Below are positions 39,575 to 51,752 of a DNA stretch of 64,000 nucleotides, one piece after another. A model generated the notes under the pieces. It ran no database searches, had not been told where the DNA came from, and saw nothing but the letters and a program-made list of their open reading frames with translations. The first letter of the stretch is position 1; each line of letters opens with the position of its first letter. The position numbers and the translations under genes are program-made. The DNA is from Cycas panzhihuaensis (Eukaryota > Plantae > Cycadophyta): the NCBI GenBank assembly GCA_023213395.1, contig CM041465.1:247697741-247761740 (forward strand), given 5' to 3'.

Positions 39575-40175
39575 TGGTAGGATACCACTCCTTTAATGGC
39601 AATAGCACACCAACACAACATCTAGTTAACACCTAAAGAGAGCACTTGTATTGCAATACCCTTCGAGGGGGCAACCTTCCAATTATATACAATAGCAATG
39701 ATATTCAAGATACCCACTCTAAGGATTACATGAGAATATATAGGATTCTATGGCCACTACACAACCTTCTATTTATGCATGTGGGATATTAAGAAGAGAG
39801 AAGAAGTAGAAGAAATAGAAGATATGAGAGAAAATAAGAGAGTGAAGAAGTAGAAGATATAAGAGAATATAGGAGAAGGTAAGTTAGGGGTTCTAGATAA
39901 CACCCAAAGAGAGCACTTGTATTGCAATACCCTTCGAGGGGGCAACCTTCCAATTATATACGATAGCAATGATATTCAAGATACCCACTCTAAGGATTAC
40001 ATGAGAATATATAGGACTCTATGGGCACTACATAACCTCCTACTTATGCATGTGGGATATTAAGAAGAGAGAAGAAGTAGAAGAAATAGAAGATATGAGA
40101 GAAGATAAGAGAGAGAAGAAGTAGAAGATATAAGAGAATATAAGAGAAGGTAAGTTAGCGGTTGGATCCTTAACA
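39575..40175 (-). repeat. 5' LTR of element F with an internal ~270 bp tandem duplication
   Basis: Two consecutive copies of the LTR body (~39627-39897 and ~39898-40165). Confidence 0.92.
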
Positions 40176-40180
40176 ATAGA

Positions 40181-41314
40181 TACCCAATTCCGCATATCAA
40201 CGACCTTCTGAATGAATTACATGGACCTAGGTACTTCTCTGAAATCGACCTATGATCTGGGTATTATCAAATCCGCATTAAAATTGAGGACACTCTCACA
40301 AAATGACATTTCGTACGCATGAAGGATTGTTTGAGTTCTGAGTTGTGCTGCTTGGTTTGATAAATGCTCCAACGACCTTTCAAAGCACGATGAACGAGAT
40401 TCTTAAACCATACATACAAAAGTTCATTTTGGTTTTCCTTGATGATATCTTAATTTATAGTAGAACTTGGTAGGAGCACATAGAGCATATTCGTATTATT
40501 TTTCAGCTCCTATAGGATCAGTAACTTTTTGCTAATAGGAACAAATGTTCATTTGGCCTGACTGAGTTAGAATATTTGGGTCATATCATCACTTTGGATA
40601 AGGTATGAATTGATTCAAAGAAGATTGAAGCAATCGTCAACTGGCCAACATCAAAAAATGTGTCAAGAGTATGTGGATTTTTGGGACTTGCAGGATTCGT
40701 ACGCAAGTTTATTAAGGGTTACGCTCACATAGCTGCTCTTTTAACAAATTTGACTAAGAAAGATACATTTAAGTGGTCACAAATGGTTGAAAGTGATTTT
40801 CATCAATTAAAAGCAATTATGATCGCAACTCTGGTCTTAGCAATGCCCAATTTCACAAAGCCATTCATTATTGAATGTGACGCATCAGGTTTTGGTATAG
40901 GTGTGGTACTCTTACAAGAAGGAAGGCCAATTGGATACGAAAGTTGAAAGCTCAATGCTCGGGAATGCCTCAAACACATATATAATAGAGAAATGCTGAC
41001 CATCATGCATGCTATCCACCAATGGTGGCGATACTTATTAGGAAACAAGTTCATTATTAAAACCGATCATGATAGCTTAAAGTACTTCCTTAATCGAGTA
41101 TCCTTGATAGATGAACAACATAAATGGGTAAGTAGAGTGCAAGCCTTTGATTTCTTGATAGTTTACAAAAAAGGAAAGGAAAATATCACAGCAGATGCAT
41201 TGTCCCGATCATTAGCAGAAATTCAAGAAGACAACCTAGTTTCTTTGAAGAACATTACAGTGATAACTCTAAGCTGGACCGAGAAATTAATCTAGGGTTA
41301 CAGAGATGATATTC
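40181..41314 (+). pseudogene. pol: Element D RT and RNase H
   Basis: Resumes at YPIPHI; FLDDILIYS; IIECDASG; ENITADALSR. Confidence 0.92.
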
Positions 41315-41772
41315 TAATAGAAAAATTAATGATGTATTTCATTAATTCATTATGGATCAATTGTATTCTTAATGTAACTTTTGTACATAGTATATGTTGA
41401 GGGCTTTATTATTGTAAATGGGTTTAGTCACAACTTGGTGTTATGAATCTAGGTGTGTGGGAGTTGATTTTGTCCTCAATATTTTAATAGTGTAAAGTTG
41501 GTTAATCATGCAAGGTGCCAATTATCACCTTGCATGATCCTACGTTAATATTCTCATTGTTTTTGGTAACATCCTCTTTTGTTCTTTATGCAAGGCTTTT
41601 TATGTAACCTTTTATTATCTTATGTACTTCACATTTTAGACGATGATGCAATACAACTTTGGATCATTACGACCAATTCCTTTGCTTTTATGTTTTTGAT
41701 TATTATTTAATGTTATTGGGTGTAACGTGTCTTGAACCTGGGTTGCAAACCAGGCAGACTTCTCTCCTCTCA
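41315..41772 (+). repeat. 5' LTR of element I
   Basis: Direct repeat of 48026-48484. Confidence 0.94.
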
Positions 41773-43689
41773 CTTGGTATTAGAGCCAAGTCTTCCAGCC
41801 AGCTTCTTGCTCAGTTTTTCCTCTGTGGTGTAGCTCCTATCCATGGTTGCATTCTGTTGAAATGAAGAAGGCTAATATACCTCTATTTTCTTTGATTTGT
41901 TAATCAAATCAAAGCTTCTTAATGAAGAGTGGTTTGTTGTAAAAATTATATCACTTTTGAATGCTTCATTGTCTAAACAGATCATCTATTGGCTGCTTTC
42001 TTTCAAAGATTTGAACTTTAGATAAAAGCATTTCTTATAAAATGATTTGTGGCTGCATGTTTTAAAGAATTTTGATCTATATATGATTTAATCATCTGAG
42101 GCTACATTTAAGTCGTGCTTCAGCTAGTGAATAGTAAGGTGATCTCTATTAAACCTACAAACCCGCTGTTACACCTCTATGGCTCCATTAATCTATTGTG
42201 TGGCGCGTTGGTTCAGGTCTTTGCTCCATTGTATATCTTTGCAGTTAATTCAACATTGGTTTTACCTCTCTGTATCTTGCATCTGAGTGACTCGATCCTA
42301 TATGGTCTTTACATATATTTGCCAGTCTCTGCGTGACTGTTAACTAGCCTGTCTCTGTTCCAACGTACCATTCTGTGTTGGTGTTTGCTATTGAGACGTC
42401 TTCAATGCTTAGTCGACCTTGCATGGCCCTCTTCTTTGCTCCCTATGTGCTATCTGTGGTGTTGTTCGACGTGGTGCTTCGCAACCTCTAGTACGTTGTT
42501 ATCACGCCTTCACAGTGGCATTTCTACCTCTGGCTGTCATCCATTTTGTGCACCTACATGGCAATTAATATTCCCGATCGGTCTGCATACGCGGTTGCTC
42601 AGTGTGGGATGTTAAAATGCCTCTTTTGAGGACTATATTATTATTGGATTGATGAGATAGACATTTAATTGGGTGCAGATTTTTCAGGACCGATTCAAGG
42701 ACTGAAACAAAGGATTTTTGCACCTTTTTTTATCATTCTCCTTCACACTGGGGATTTGAACAGAGTCACTTGCTTCAACAGACTCCTGCGTACTGTTGAA
42801 CTGGAGAAACTATGTTATATGACCACTCGTTCTGACCCTAGCAGAGTTATCTTCACAGTGGAGAAGACAAATTGAAATTTCATTGCTTCTATAGAGAGAT
42901 CCAGCCTCCTGTATCCAATCTATTCCGTCATTTTTTCAAATTCCCGCTGTCCAATTTATTTTTTTTATAAACTTTAAAAATTTTAGGTTATATAGATTAG
43001 CATATTCATAGAATATTTTGTTTTTGATAAAGGTCATTCGCCTAAAGTTGCTTTTTTAGTATTTTTTTTAATCGTTTTTTAAAGCTTTTTTATGCCTATT
43101 TCTAATCTATTTTAAGTAATTTTTCAAAATTTTAAGAGCTTTTTTCTGTTTTTTCTACTTAAAACATTAAATTGAATCCATTAATCACAAAATCTTTTAA
43201 TAATCAATCAAAAACATTAAAAAAGATAAATACCTAACAAACCGCCCAATTATTAGGACCCCTGAAGTTACCAGTTTGCACACGCTAGTGGTCCTTCCCA
43301 AAATTTGCAGATACTAGAGAAGCCCATTAGCTATCAGATGTAATTAGTGGCAAATTGAGGTGTTTACACCCAAAACCTTGGAGTTTGGAGATCAAGCTAG
43401 ACTCAGAGGGGGTTAGTGCCTTGGTTGTAAGTGTGCCCTTAGACGAGGATCTATCGTTTAGGCCGTAAATCAAGTGTAGGTGCGTCAACGGTGTTAGGGG
43501 GGCGGTTGAGCCTTTTGTAGTGCCTGCATACCTTCAGGTATATTGGGTCCCCAAGCCGCCACTTGTGAGTAGGTATGCCATAAGACAGGACCGTCTCAAC
43601 TACCAGGGGTTGTTTAGGAGTGGAGACACTGAAACTTAGATCCTAGATTAGGTCACCTTTCTAGGTAGACAGGACACATATCAGACATC

Positions 43690-46600
43690 ATGTCACTTCA
43701 AATGATTGCAGCTAATACTATTAAACTATCTGGCAGTGATAATTTCTTGGCTTAGAAGAAACAAGTCAAGAACATTTTGATAATGAACAAACTTTGGCCT
43801 TATGATTCTAGAAAAATTCCTATTCCAGTTCCCACTGAAGATCCAAATGATCTTGATAAGCTTATTCCTCCTGATCCTGCTGTTGTAGCTACCTTCCAAG
43901 AGTTTGACAAAGTTACCCTTTCTTTTTTATGCCTGTCTTATGAAGATAATATCGACCAGAATATAGAACTTGCCCCTACCTCTACAGATGTGTGGAATAT
44001 CATATGTGCACTCTATGAGAGGAAGGACAATGCTAGGGCGATGATGTTCAAAGCTCGACTTTACTCCATTCCATTTGTAGGATCTATAATAGCTCATTTG
44101 TCCCAGATTAATGTGATTAAGAACCGATTGACAATGATGGGTCAGCCACCAGAGGACAATGACCTTATATCTAGCATTGGTAATGTTTTGCCACCTGGTT
44201 ATAACTCCCTCATATCCAATCTATCATATATAGGTCAATTTGCTACCCTTGATTTTAATACATTTGAGGGTCTACTAGTCCAGGAAGAATATATTTTGAA
44301 TTGTTCAGGGAATCTAGGTGCTTCCTCTTCCACACTAGTATTTGCAATCCGACATCGAGGAAGATCACAACATCCACAATTGACACACCAGTTTGGTTCA
44401 ATGAATTTGAACCAACAACGTTATCAGCAGTTATATTAGCCATGTTAGCCTCAACTATCTTCTAATCCTTAGGTTGTTTGTCACCATTGTGGTAAACCTA
44501 GACACATAGCACCCGACTGTAGGAAAAAGAGAGTTGACCTTCAACAACAACAGTTTTAAAGCCACCCTGCTATGTTGGGTAATCAAACTTGTGGACGTGG
44601 AAATTATCAAGGACGACAGAGATAGAATCAACTAAATTACTAGGGACCGAGGAGATAAAATCAAAATGCTCCTTAGAGGAACCAACAAAATAGGAATTGC
44701 AACTAGAGACAAAACCAGGGAGGCCGTATGGCCAACTCTTACAACATTTTCTTTCCTGCTTTATCTTCTCATCGTTCTAACATTTCCTAGTTGATCGATT
44801 TAAGTGCCTCTCAACATATGATGGGTTTAGAACTTTTTACTAATACAAGACCGATTCAAGATCAATCTATCACTTTTGGAGATGATGGTATTTTAGAGGT
44901 TGCCAAGATTGGTAATGTTCCTATCTCATTGAAGAATTCTGACACTCCACATCATCTTAATAAGGTTTTCTATTTACCTTGCATGACACACAACTTACTT
45001 TCAGTTAACCAAATAAATAAATAAAACTTTGATGTTTTGTTTAGCCATCTTGGAAAATGTCTGATTACAGATCTGAATGGCAACTTAATTGTCGCAGGAT
45101 ACGAAAATCAAGGACTCTACAAGCTTGATGTTATAATTAGACCATTGATCCACTCACATGAATTCAATTCTTGTAGCAATTCAACTTCAACTTCTGATCC
45201 TTCTGCTCTAACATCAGATTTAGATGATCAATTTGCTTCAAAGATATATATCTCTCCTAAAATTCCAAAAGACCAGTTATGGCATCAATGCCTAGGTCAC
45301 TTGAATATGGGTAGCCTTCATCTGCTTTATAAATTGAATATAGTGCATGGCATACCGAACATAAAGGAGATTAAATATATTTATGAGGCTTGTGTCATCG
45401 GCAAACATTGTTAGGCTCCTTTCAGGTCAAATGGGAGAGCCTAGAGTGCCAAGGAGCCTTTAGGCCTAGTACATTCAAACATCTGTAGGCCCATGTCTCA
45501 GGCATCCTTTAGAGACTATCGATACTTTATCACATTCATTGATAATTACTCCAGGAAAGTCTGGGTATATTTCTTGAAGCAAAAATCAGAAGCCTTTAAC
45601 AAATTCAAAGAGTGTAAGCACGGCATAGAAATTGAATCTAGAAAGGCCACTAAAAATCCTTACATTGTGATAATGGAGGTGAATACACATCAAATGAGTT
45701 CTCCCAATTCTGTAAGGATAATGGCATTAAATGATAGTTTTCTACCCCATATACCCCTCAGCAAAATGGAGTTGCTGAGTGAATGAATTGGACCTTGGTT
45801 AGCAAAGGCAAAGCCATGCTTGCTACCAAGAGTTTAGGACTTCAATTTTGGGTCAAAGTCCTTCATACAACAACATATCTCACAAACATAAGTCCGACCA
45901 AGGGTGTATTGAACATTACTCTCGAGGAGGCCTGGCCAGGTCAAAAACCTATGGTCTCACATTTGCGCACTTTTGGTTGTATAGCATACATGCTATACCA
46001 AAAGAACAGAGGAAAAAGTTGGATGATAAAAGCAAGAATTGTATCTTTATTGGTTATCAACCTTGTTGTAAAGCATATAAATTGTATAATCCTGCCAACA
46101 ATCAAATGCATACATCTCGGGATGTCATATTCTCAGAAGAGAACCAGAATTTGGATATCACTAAGATTTCACTCTTTGATGATCAGTCAAATAAAGCACC
46201 AGTTGCACCTCCTGCTCCACAAAATGTTCTTGTTGAACACATGCCTCTAACATCAACATTTACTCTAGGTTCCTTGTCTACTCCACTTGTCTCTACTTGT
46301 ACATCTACTCCTATCAGTCCTTTAAAGGATATTTAGGATGAGGCTACTTCAAAGCGATTGCCTAAATTGTACATGCTGATGATCTCTTCTGCTCTTTCAC
46401 CACTACAACAAGCAAAGAGACAATCAAAATACAGGTCATCCATGAACTTCACCTTAATGGAAGAAGTGTTGTCAGTTCGTGAACCCTCTACTTTTGAGGA
46501 AGTAGTTATGGATCCAAAATGGCAAACAACAGTGGCTGAAGAAATGGATTCTATCCTATAGAATGATACTTGAGAGCTTGTTGAGCTACCTGAAGGAAAG

Positions 46601-48028
46601 AAACCAATTGATTGTAGATGGATTTATAAAACAAAGTTTCATGCAGATGGATCCATTCACTGACATAAAGCCCATTTGGTTGCCAAAGGTTTCAAACAGG
46701 TTGAAGGTATTGACTATGATGATACATTTGCACCAGTTGCCAACATGACCACTGCCAGGCTTGTTTTGGCACGTGCAGCTCAAACCAAATGACATGTATA
46801 CCAGATGGATGTAAAATGAGCCTTCTTAAATGGCGACTTGCAGGAGGAAATCTATATAAATCAGCCTCTCAACTTTGTTGTTCGTGGAAAAAAACACCTA
46901 GTCTGCAAATTGAAAAAGGCATTATATGGCCTTCAACAATCACCTCACGCTTGGTACGGAAAGATTGATGAATATTTTCAAAAGCATTGACTCATTTGCT
47001 CATCTTCAAATTCAAATCTATATATTAGAATCCATAATGGTTTGATCACTCTGATCGTACTTTATCTTGATGATTTGTTGATAACTGGCAATGACACAGA
47101 GTGGATTACACATCTCCAGAGAGAACTGAACAATAGCTTTGAGATGACTAACTTTAAGTTGCTCCATTATTTTCTTAGCATGGAAGTCTGGAAAGAGCCA
47201 GGCCATATTTTCCTTTCACAGTCAAAATATGCAAAGGAAATTCTTAAAAAATATAGGACGGATGAATGTAAACCATCGCCAACTCCTATGGAGACAAGTT
47301 TGAAATTAGACATTGATGAGTGTGGAAAATCTTTGGATCTAACATTGTATAGACAACTTGTGGGAAAATTAATTTACCTCATTCATACTTGACTAGACAT
47401 TATCTATGATGTTGGGATCTGTTCTAGGTTCATGACACAACGCAAAAGTTCACATTGGAAAGTAGCAATGAGGATCCTAAAGTATCTTCGGGGTGCTCTT
47501 CAATTTAGACTTGATTACTATCATGTGAAAAATCCTTTGTTGATAAGTTATACGGACGCAGATTGGGCTGGATGCAAAGATAGTGGTAAATCAACCCCAA
47601 GCTACTATTTTAACCTGGGTTTTGCTTCAGTTTCATGGCCCTACAAAAATTGTCCTAATGTCACCCTATCTTCAACTAAAGTTGGGTATAAAGTTGTCGT
47701 TAGTGCAGTTGTTGAGGCTATCTGGCTTAGAAGGATTCTTGAAGAGCTTGGAATCAGTCAGACACAAGCTACATCATTGTTTTGTGACAATCAAAGTGTT
47801 CTCAAATTGACCAAGAATCCTGTGTTCTATGCTAGAATCAAACACATCGAGGTTCATTGTCATTTCATCAGGGAACATGTACAGGATGGTGAGATTGATT
47901 TGATCTACAAGCCTATCGAAGATCAGATTGCAGATATCTTCACGAAAGCACTCTCTCGCAACAAATTTGAAAGATTTAAACCTGGCCTCGGTGTCAGAAT
48001 TAATGAACTCATCATTAAGGAAGGGTGA
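43690..48028 (+). pseudogene. gag-pol: Copia gag-pol of element I
   Basis: CHHCGKPRHIAPDC; IDLSASQHM; WHQCLGH; YLDD; ADIFTKAL; the terminal TGA is the first three bases of the 3' LTR. Confidence 0.94.
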
Positions 48029-48484
48029 TAAAGGAATTAATGATGTATTTCATTAATTCGTTGTGAATCAATTATATTATTAATGTAACTTTTGTATATA
48101 ATATATGTTAGAGGGCTTCATTATTGTAAATGGGTTTAATCACAACCCAATGTTGTGAACCTAGGTGTGTAGGAGTTGATTTTGTCCTCAATATTTTAAT
48201 AGTGTAAAGTTGGTTAATCATGCAAGGTGCCAATTGTCACCTTGCATGATCCTATGTTGATATTCTCAATGTATTTGGTAATAGCCTCTTTTGTTCTTTA
48301 TGTGAGGCTTTTCATGTAACCTTTTATTATCTTATGTACTTAACTTTTTAGATGTTAATGCAATACAACTTTGGAGCATTGTGACCAATTTCTTTACTTT
48401 TGTGTTTTTGATTATTATTGAATGCTATTGGGTGTAACGAGTCTTGAACTTGGGTTGTAAACCAAGCAGACTTCTCCCCTCTCA
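48026..48484 (+). repeat. 3' LTR of element I
   Basis: TG...CA; followed by the TSD. Confidence 0.94.
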
Positions 48485-48489
48485 TATTC

Positions 48490-49862
48490 ATTCCCAAAAA
48501 GCCTTGCAAGAGATCGAGAAGGGAATTAATACCAAGTATACTCTTTAGAGTAAATTAATCCTAAGAAAAGGGAAAATGCTAGTTCCTATGGCCGCAACAA
48601 TAAAAAAGAAGATCTTGGAAGAAGCACATTGCTCGGTGTTGGGAGGCCATAAGGGAATAGATAAAACTTATCGAAAGATTAGGGACAACCTTTTCTAGAA
48701 AGGAATGAAAGTAGAGGTATAGAAGTCTATAGCAAAATCAATCTCTACCAGCAGAATCATAGTGAAACTCTAAAAATTCCCAGTTTACTCCAATCACTAC
48801 ATATTCTGGAACAAAACTAGGAGGAGATGTCTATGGATTTTATCATAAGACTGCCTAAATCGAAAGGTGAAGATGCCATTTTTATAGTGGTAGATCGCCT
48901 AACCAAATATGCGCACTTCCGGTGAACACAAACAATGGTTAAAGCACCACAAATAACAAAGCTATTCATCGAAGAGGTGTATCGACTCTATGGATTCCCA
49001 AAGGTAATTATCGGTGATCGTGGCCCCAAATTTACCATCCATTTCTAGCAAGAACTATTTAGGTTAGTCGATACCAAGTTGAATATGAGTACGGCATATC
49101 ATCTGCAAACAAACAGACAGAATAAGGCTATAAACAATTGCCTTGAAGGATATTTACATAATTCCATTGCCGAAAGACCACACCAATGGCACAAATGGAT
49201 TCACTTAGTGAAATGGTGGTATAATGCAACATAACATACTGCCACCAAGATGATGTCGTTCTAAGCATTATATGGTTCAAACCACCTTCAATCTTGAGTT
49301 GGACAAGACCTTCCAAAGTCCAGGCAATAGAAGAATACCAACAACAAACAAAAAAATTATTGGAAGTACTAAAGGACAATATAAATATGGCTCAGAATCG
49401 AATGAAACAACAGTCAGAACTCCAAAAATCGGAACGACCATTTGAAGTTGGGGATTGGGTATTCCTTCATTTGTAGCCAGACAAACAAGTAAATCTTAAG
49501 CAAGCAGGTTGACATAAATTACAACCAAGATTTTTTGAACCCTACAAAATTTTGGCCAAGGTTGGTGAAGTGGCATACTGGTTAGAACTTCCCTCAACCT
49601 ATTGAATCCCAACACATTCCACATCTCTTATCTCAAGAAGAAACTTGGAGAAGGTGTTCTGATCCAAACCGATCTACCCATATTAGACGAAGAAGGAAAG
49701 ATGTCAGTGGAACCAGAAGGCATTCTGCAAGAACACATCAAAAGTTTACATTCTAGGGAAATCAAAGAATATCTTATTAAGTGGAAGACAGGAGATAACA
49801 GTGATGCAACATGGGAAATAGAGGAATGGTTACAACAATACCCCAACTTACCCGTGCTTTGA
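48490..49862 (+). pseudogene. pol: Element D integrase and chromodomain
   Basis: MSMDFI; [11 protein letters not shown]; FEVGDWVF; EYLIKWK..DATWE. Confidence 0.92.
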
Positions 49863-49892
49863 GAGCAAAGCATGTTTTCAAGGGGTGGGACT

Positions 49893-50399
49893 TGTAGCAA
49901 ACCCCTCAGTTTGGCCAACTTCCAACATGGCTGGAAAACTGACTTGAATATAAGCATATTCTGCTGAAGTTCTTCCCAACTGTTGTGGACGACTTAGTAC
50001 TTATTTTCTAGCTGACTTCATAAGGTGTTATGGCCAGCCAATTTAGGAGTTTATTGGAGGACTATTTTAGTAGGTTATTGGGCGCTCTTAAGATCATCAT
50101 CTAAGCTATTTTCATTGTAGGAAATTTTCAGCTCTTGGGTTGCACTTTTGGAGGGCACCTCACCTCAAAGAGGGATCGTATTTCAGCTTCATCACTTGAT
50201 TATCTTTTAGCATCATTGTAGATATAATTTGTTCATCAATTATATGATATTTAGCTTTATCACTATTTTGTTCTAGACTGTTGTTTTTAACTTATTTATA
50301 GCTGCAATTTGTGTTTAATGTTTGATATTTTGGTTTGGTGTAAGTATTTTTCAAAAGAATTGTATATTATTTTTCAGCCCATCCATAATTATCGCCACA
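49893..50399 (+). repeat. 3' LTR of element D
   Basis: Follows the PPT; followed by TGATT. Confidence 0.95.
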
Positions 50400-51326
50400 T
50401 GATTGAACCAAATGATAATAAATCTCTTGTCAGTAATCGTATTTTTGTTTGTTCAAACAAGACTAGGGGTAGAATGTACCTTCGTACCTCTACTCATCCT
50501 TCTCATTCCTGTTGTTGCATTTTGGCAACTTTTCTAATCTTCTTACATATTGTCTCTTTGTGCCATCATACACCTTTATGGACAATCATGGATTTAGACT
50601 CGATCATTCATGATTGCATCTTTTCACTTCCTTGAGTTAGCATAAAATATTCTAAATTAAAATAAAAACAAATAGAAAAAATAAAAAATTACTCCAAAAC
50701 TTCGAAAGTTTACAACTTGAAAGACATGGTGTATTTAAAGTCGGTCTTGCCCACCTAAGCCAGATTAACTTGTGAATGGCACTTCTTTAATGTATATAGT
50801 TTTCATCACATTTGTTTTTGTTTTTCGTTCTTAGAAATTCTTGTTTTTGCAAATAGCTTTTCACCTACGAGACATGAGTTCCATCGTCATCATCATTAGT
50901 TTGTTTTACAAATTGTGGGTAGGGTTTCGTCTTAAGCTATGTTGCCTTCTATTTTCAAAAATAATAAAAGATATAAAACTTTCAAAAATTAAACATTGCA
51001 TTTATTTTACAACCTTAAGAAGTTAAACCATTTCCTCTAATTCTTACTACCTTTGTAGTCATGTTGAATTTTTATTGGTTTCTGGGGGCATAGCCCAATG
51101 GGATATGTATGTCCCTTACTATATACTTCTCAAACTTTGCAACATTTCTTCATTTGCTAAATATTTAGCTTCACAATAAAATTTACCTTTTTCCCTCGTA
51201 TGTAGAAAAACTTATCTTTATCCTGCCTTACACATTTTATCTTCAAGCTGTCATTTTTTGCTAGCTTGCTTTTGCTTATTCAAAGCCTTCACTTTACAAC
51301 AATGATAAATCAATCTTTTCACCATC

Positions 51327-51752
51327 ATGCCAATATTCAAACCTTGGTTTGTTTACATTGATGGTGCTTCTCAAGGAAATCCAGGTCTGTCTACGATTGC
51401 CTAGATTATTCGAGACTCCAATGGAGAACTTTTTGAAGCTGTTGGAAAGTTCTGATATCATGCTACTATTAACTTGGCTCAGTTTGAAGCTACCATTGCT
51501 ACTATATGATCCTTCATTTCATCAAATATGCAACATGTCACCCTCTACTCTGATTCATAATTCTTTGGTAGACAAATTACTGGTAGTTGTGTTTCACATA
51601 GTTTTGTTTTAACCTTTACTTTGCATCATATTTGCTATTCGGCTCATTTCTTCTGCTCTTTTGCCATTATGCATATCCTGCGCTCGCAAAATTATGAAGT
51701 AGATTGCCTAGCAAATATGGTAATGCCTATCGATCAAACTTTGTTTCAATAG
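51327..51752 (+). pseudogene. Archaeal-type RNase H (aRH) ORF of element J
   Basis: MPIFKPWFVYIDGASQGNPG ... TLYSDS ... HILRSQNYEVDCLAN; internal stops and a frameshift. Confidence 0.85.

Larger units (their letters stand above)
25618..40175 (-). mobile_element. Ty3/gypsy chromovirus element F, containing solo LTR G and copia H
   Basis: TSD ATAGA at 25613-25617 and 40176-40180; 3' LTR 25618-25923; 5' LTR 39575-40175; PBS at 39561-39572; poly-G PPT near 25932. Confidence 0.94.
41315..48484 (+). mobile_element. Ty1/copia element I, full length and degenerate
   Basis: LTRs 41315-41772 and 48026-48484; TSD TATTC; PBS TGGTATTAGAGC at 41775; PPT AAGGAAGGG. Confidence 0.95.
15735..50399 (+). mobile_element. 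Ty3/gypsy chromovirus element D, expanded by nested insertions E, F (with G and H) and I
   Basis: LTRs 15735-16241 and 49893-50399; TSD TGATT at 15730-15734 and 50400-50404; PBS TGGTATCAAAGC at 16244; PPT near 49880; coding sequence resumes across each insertion. Confidence 0.95.
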
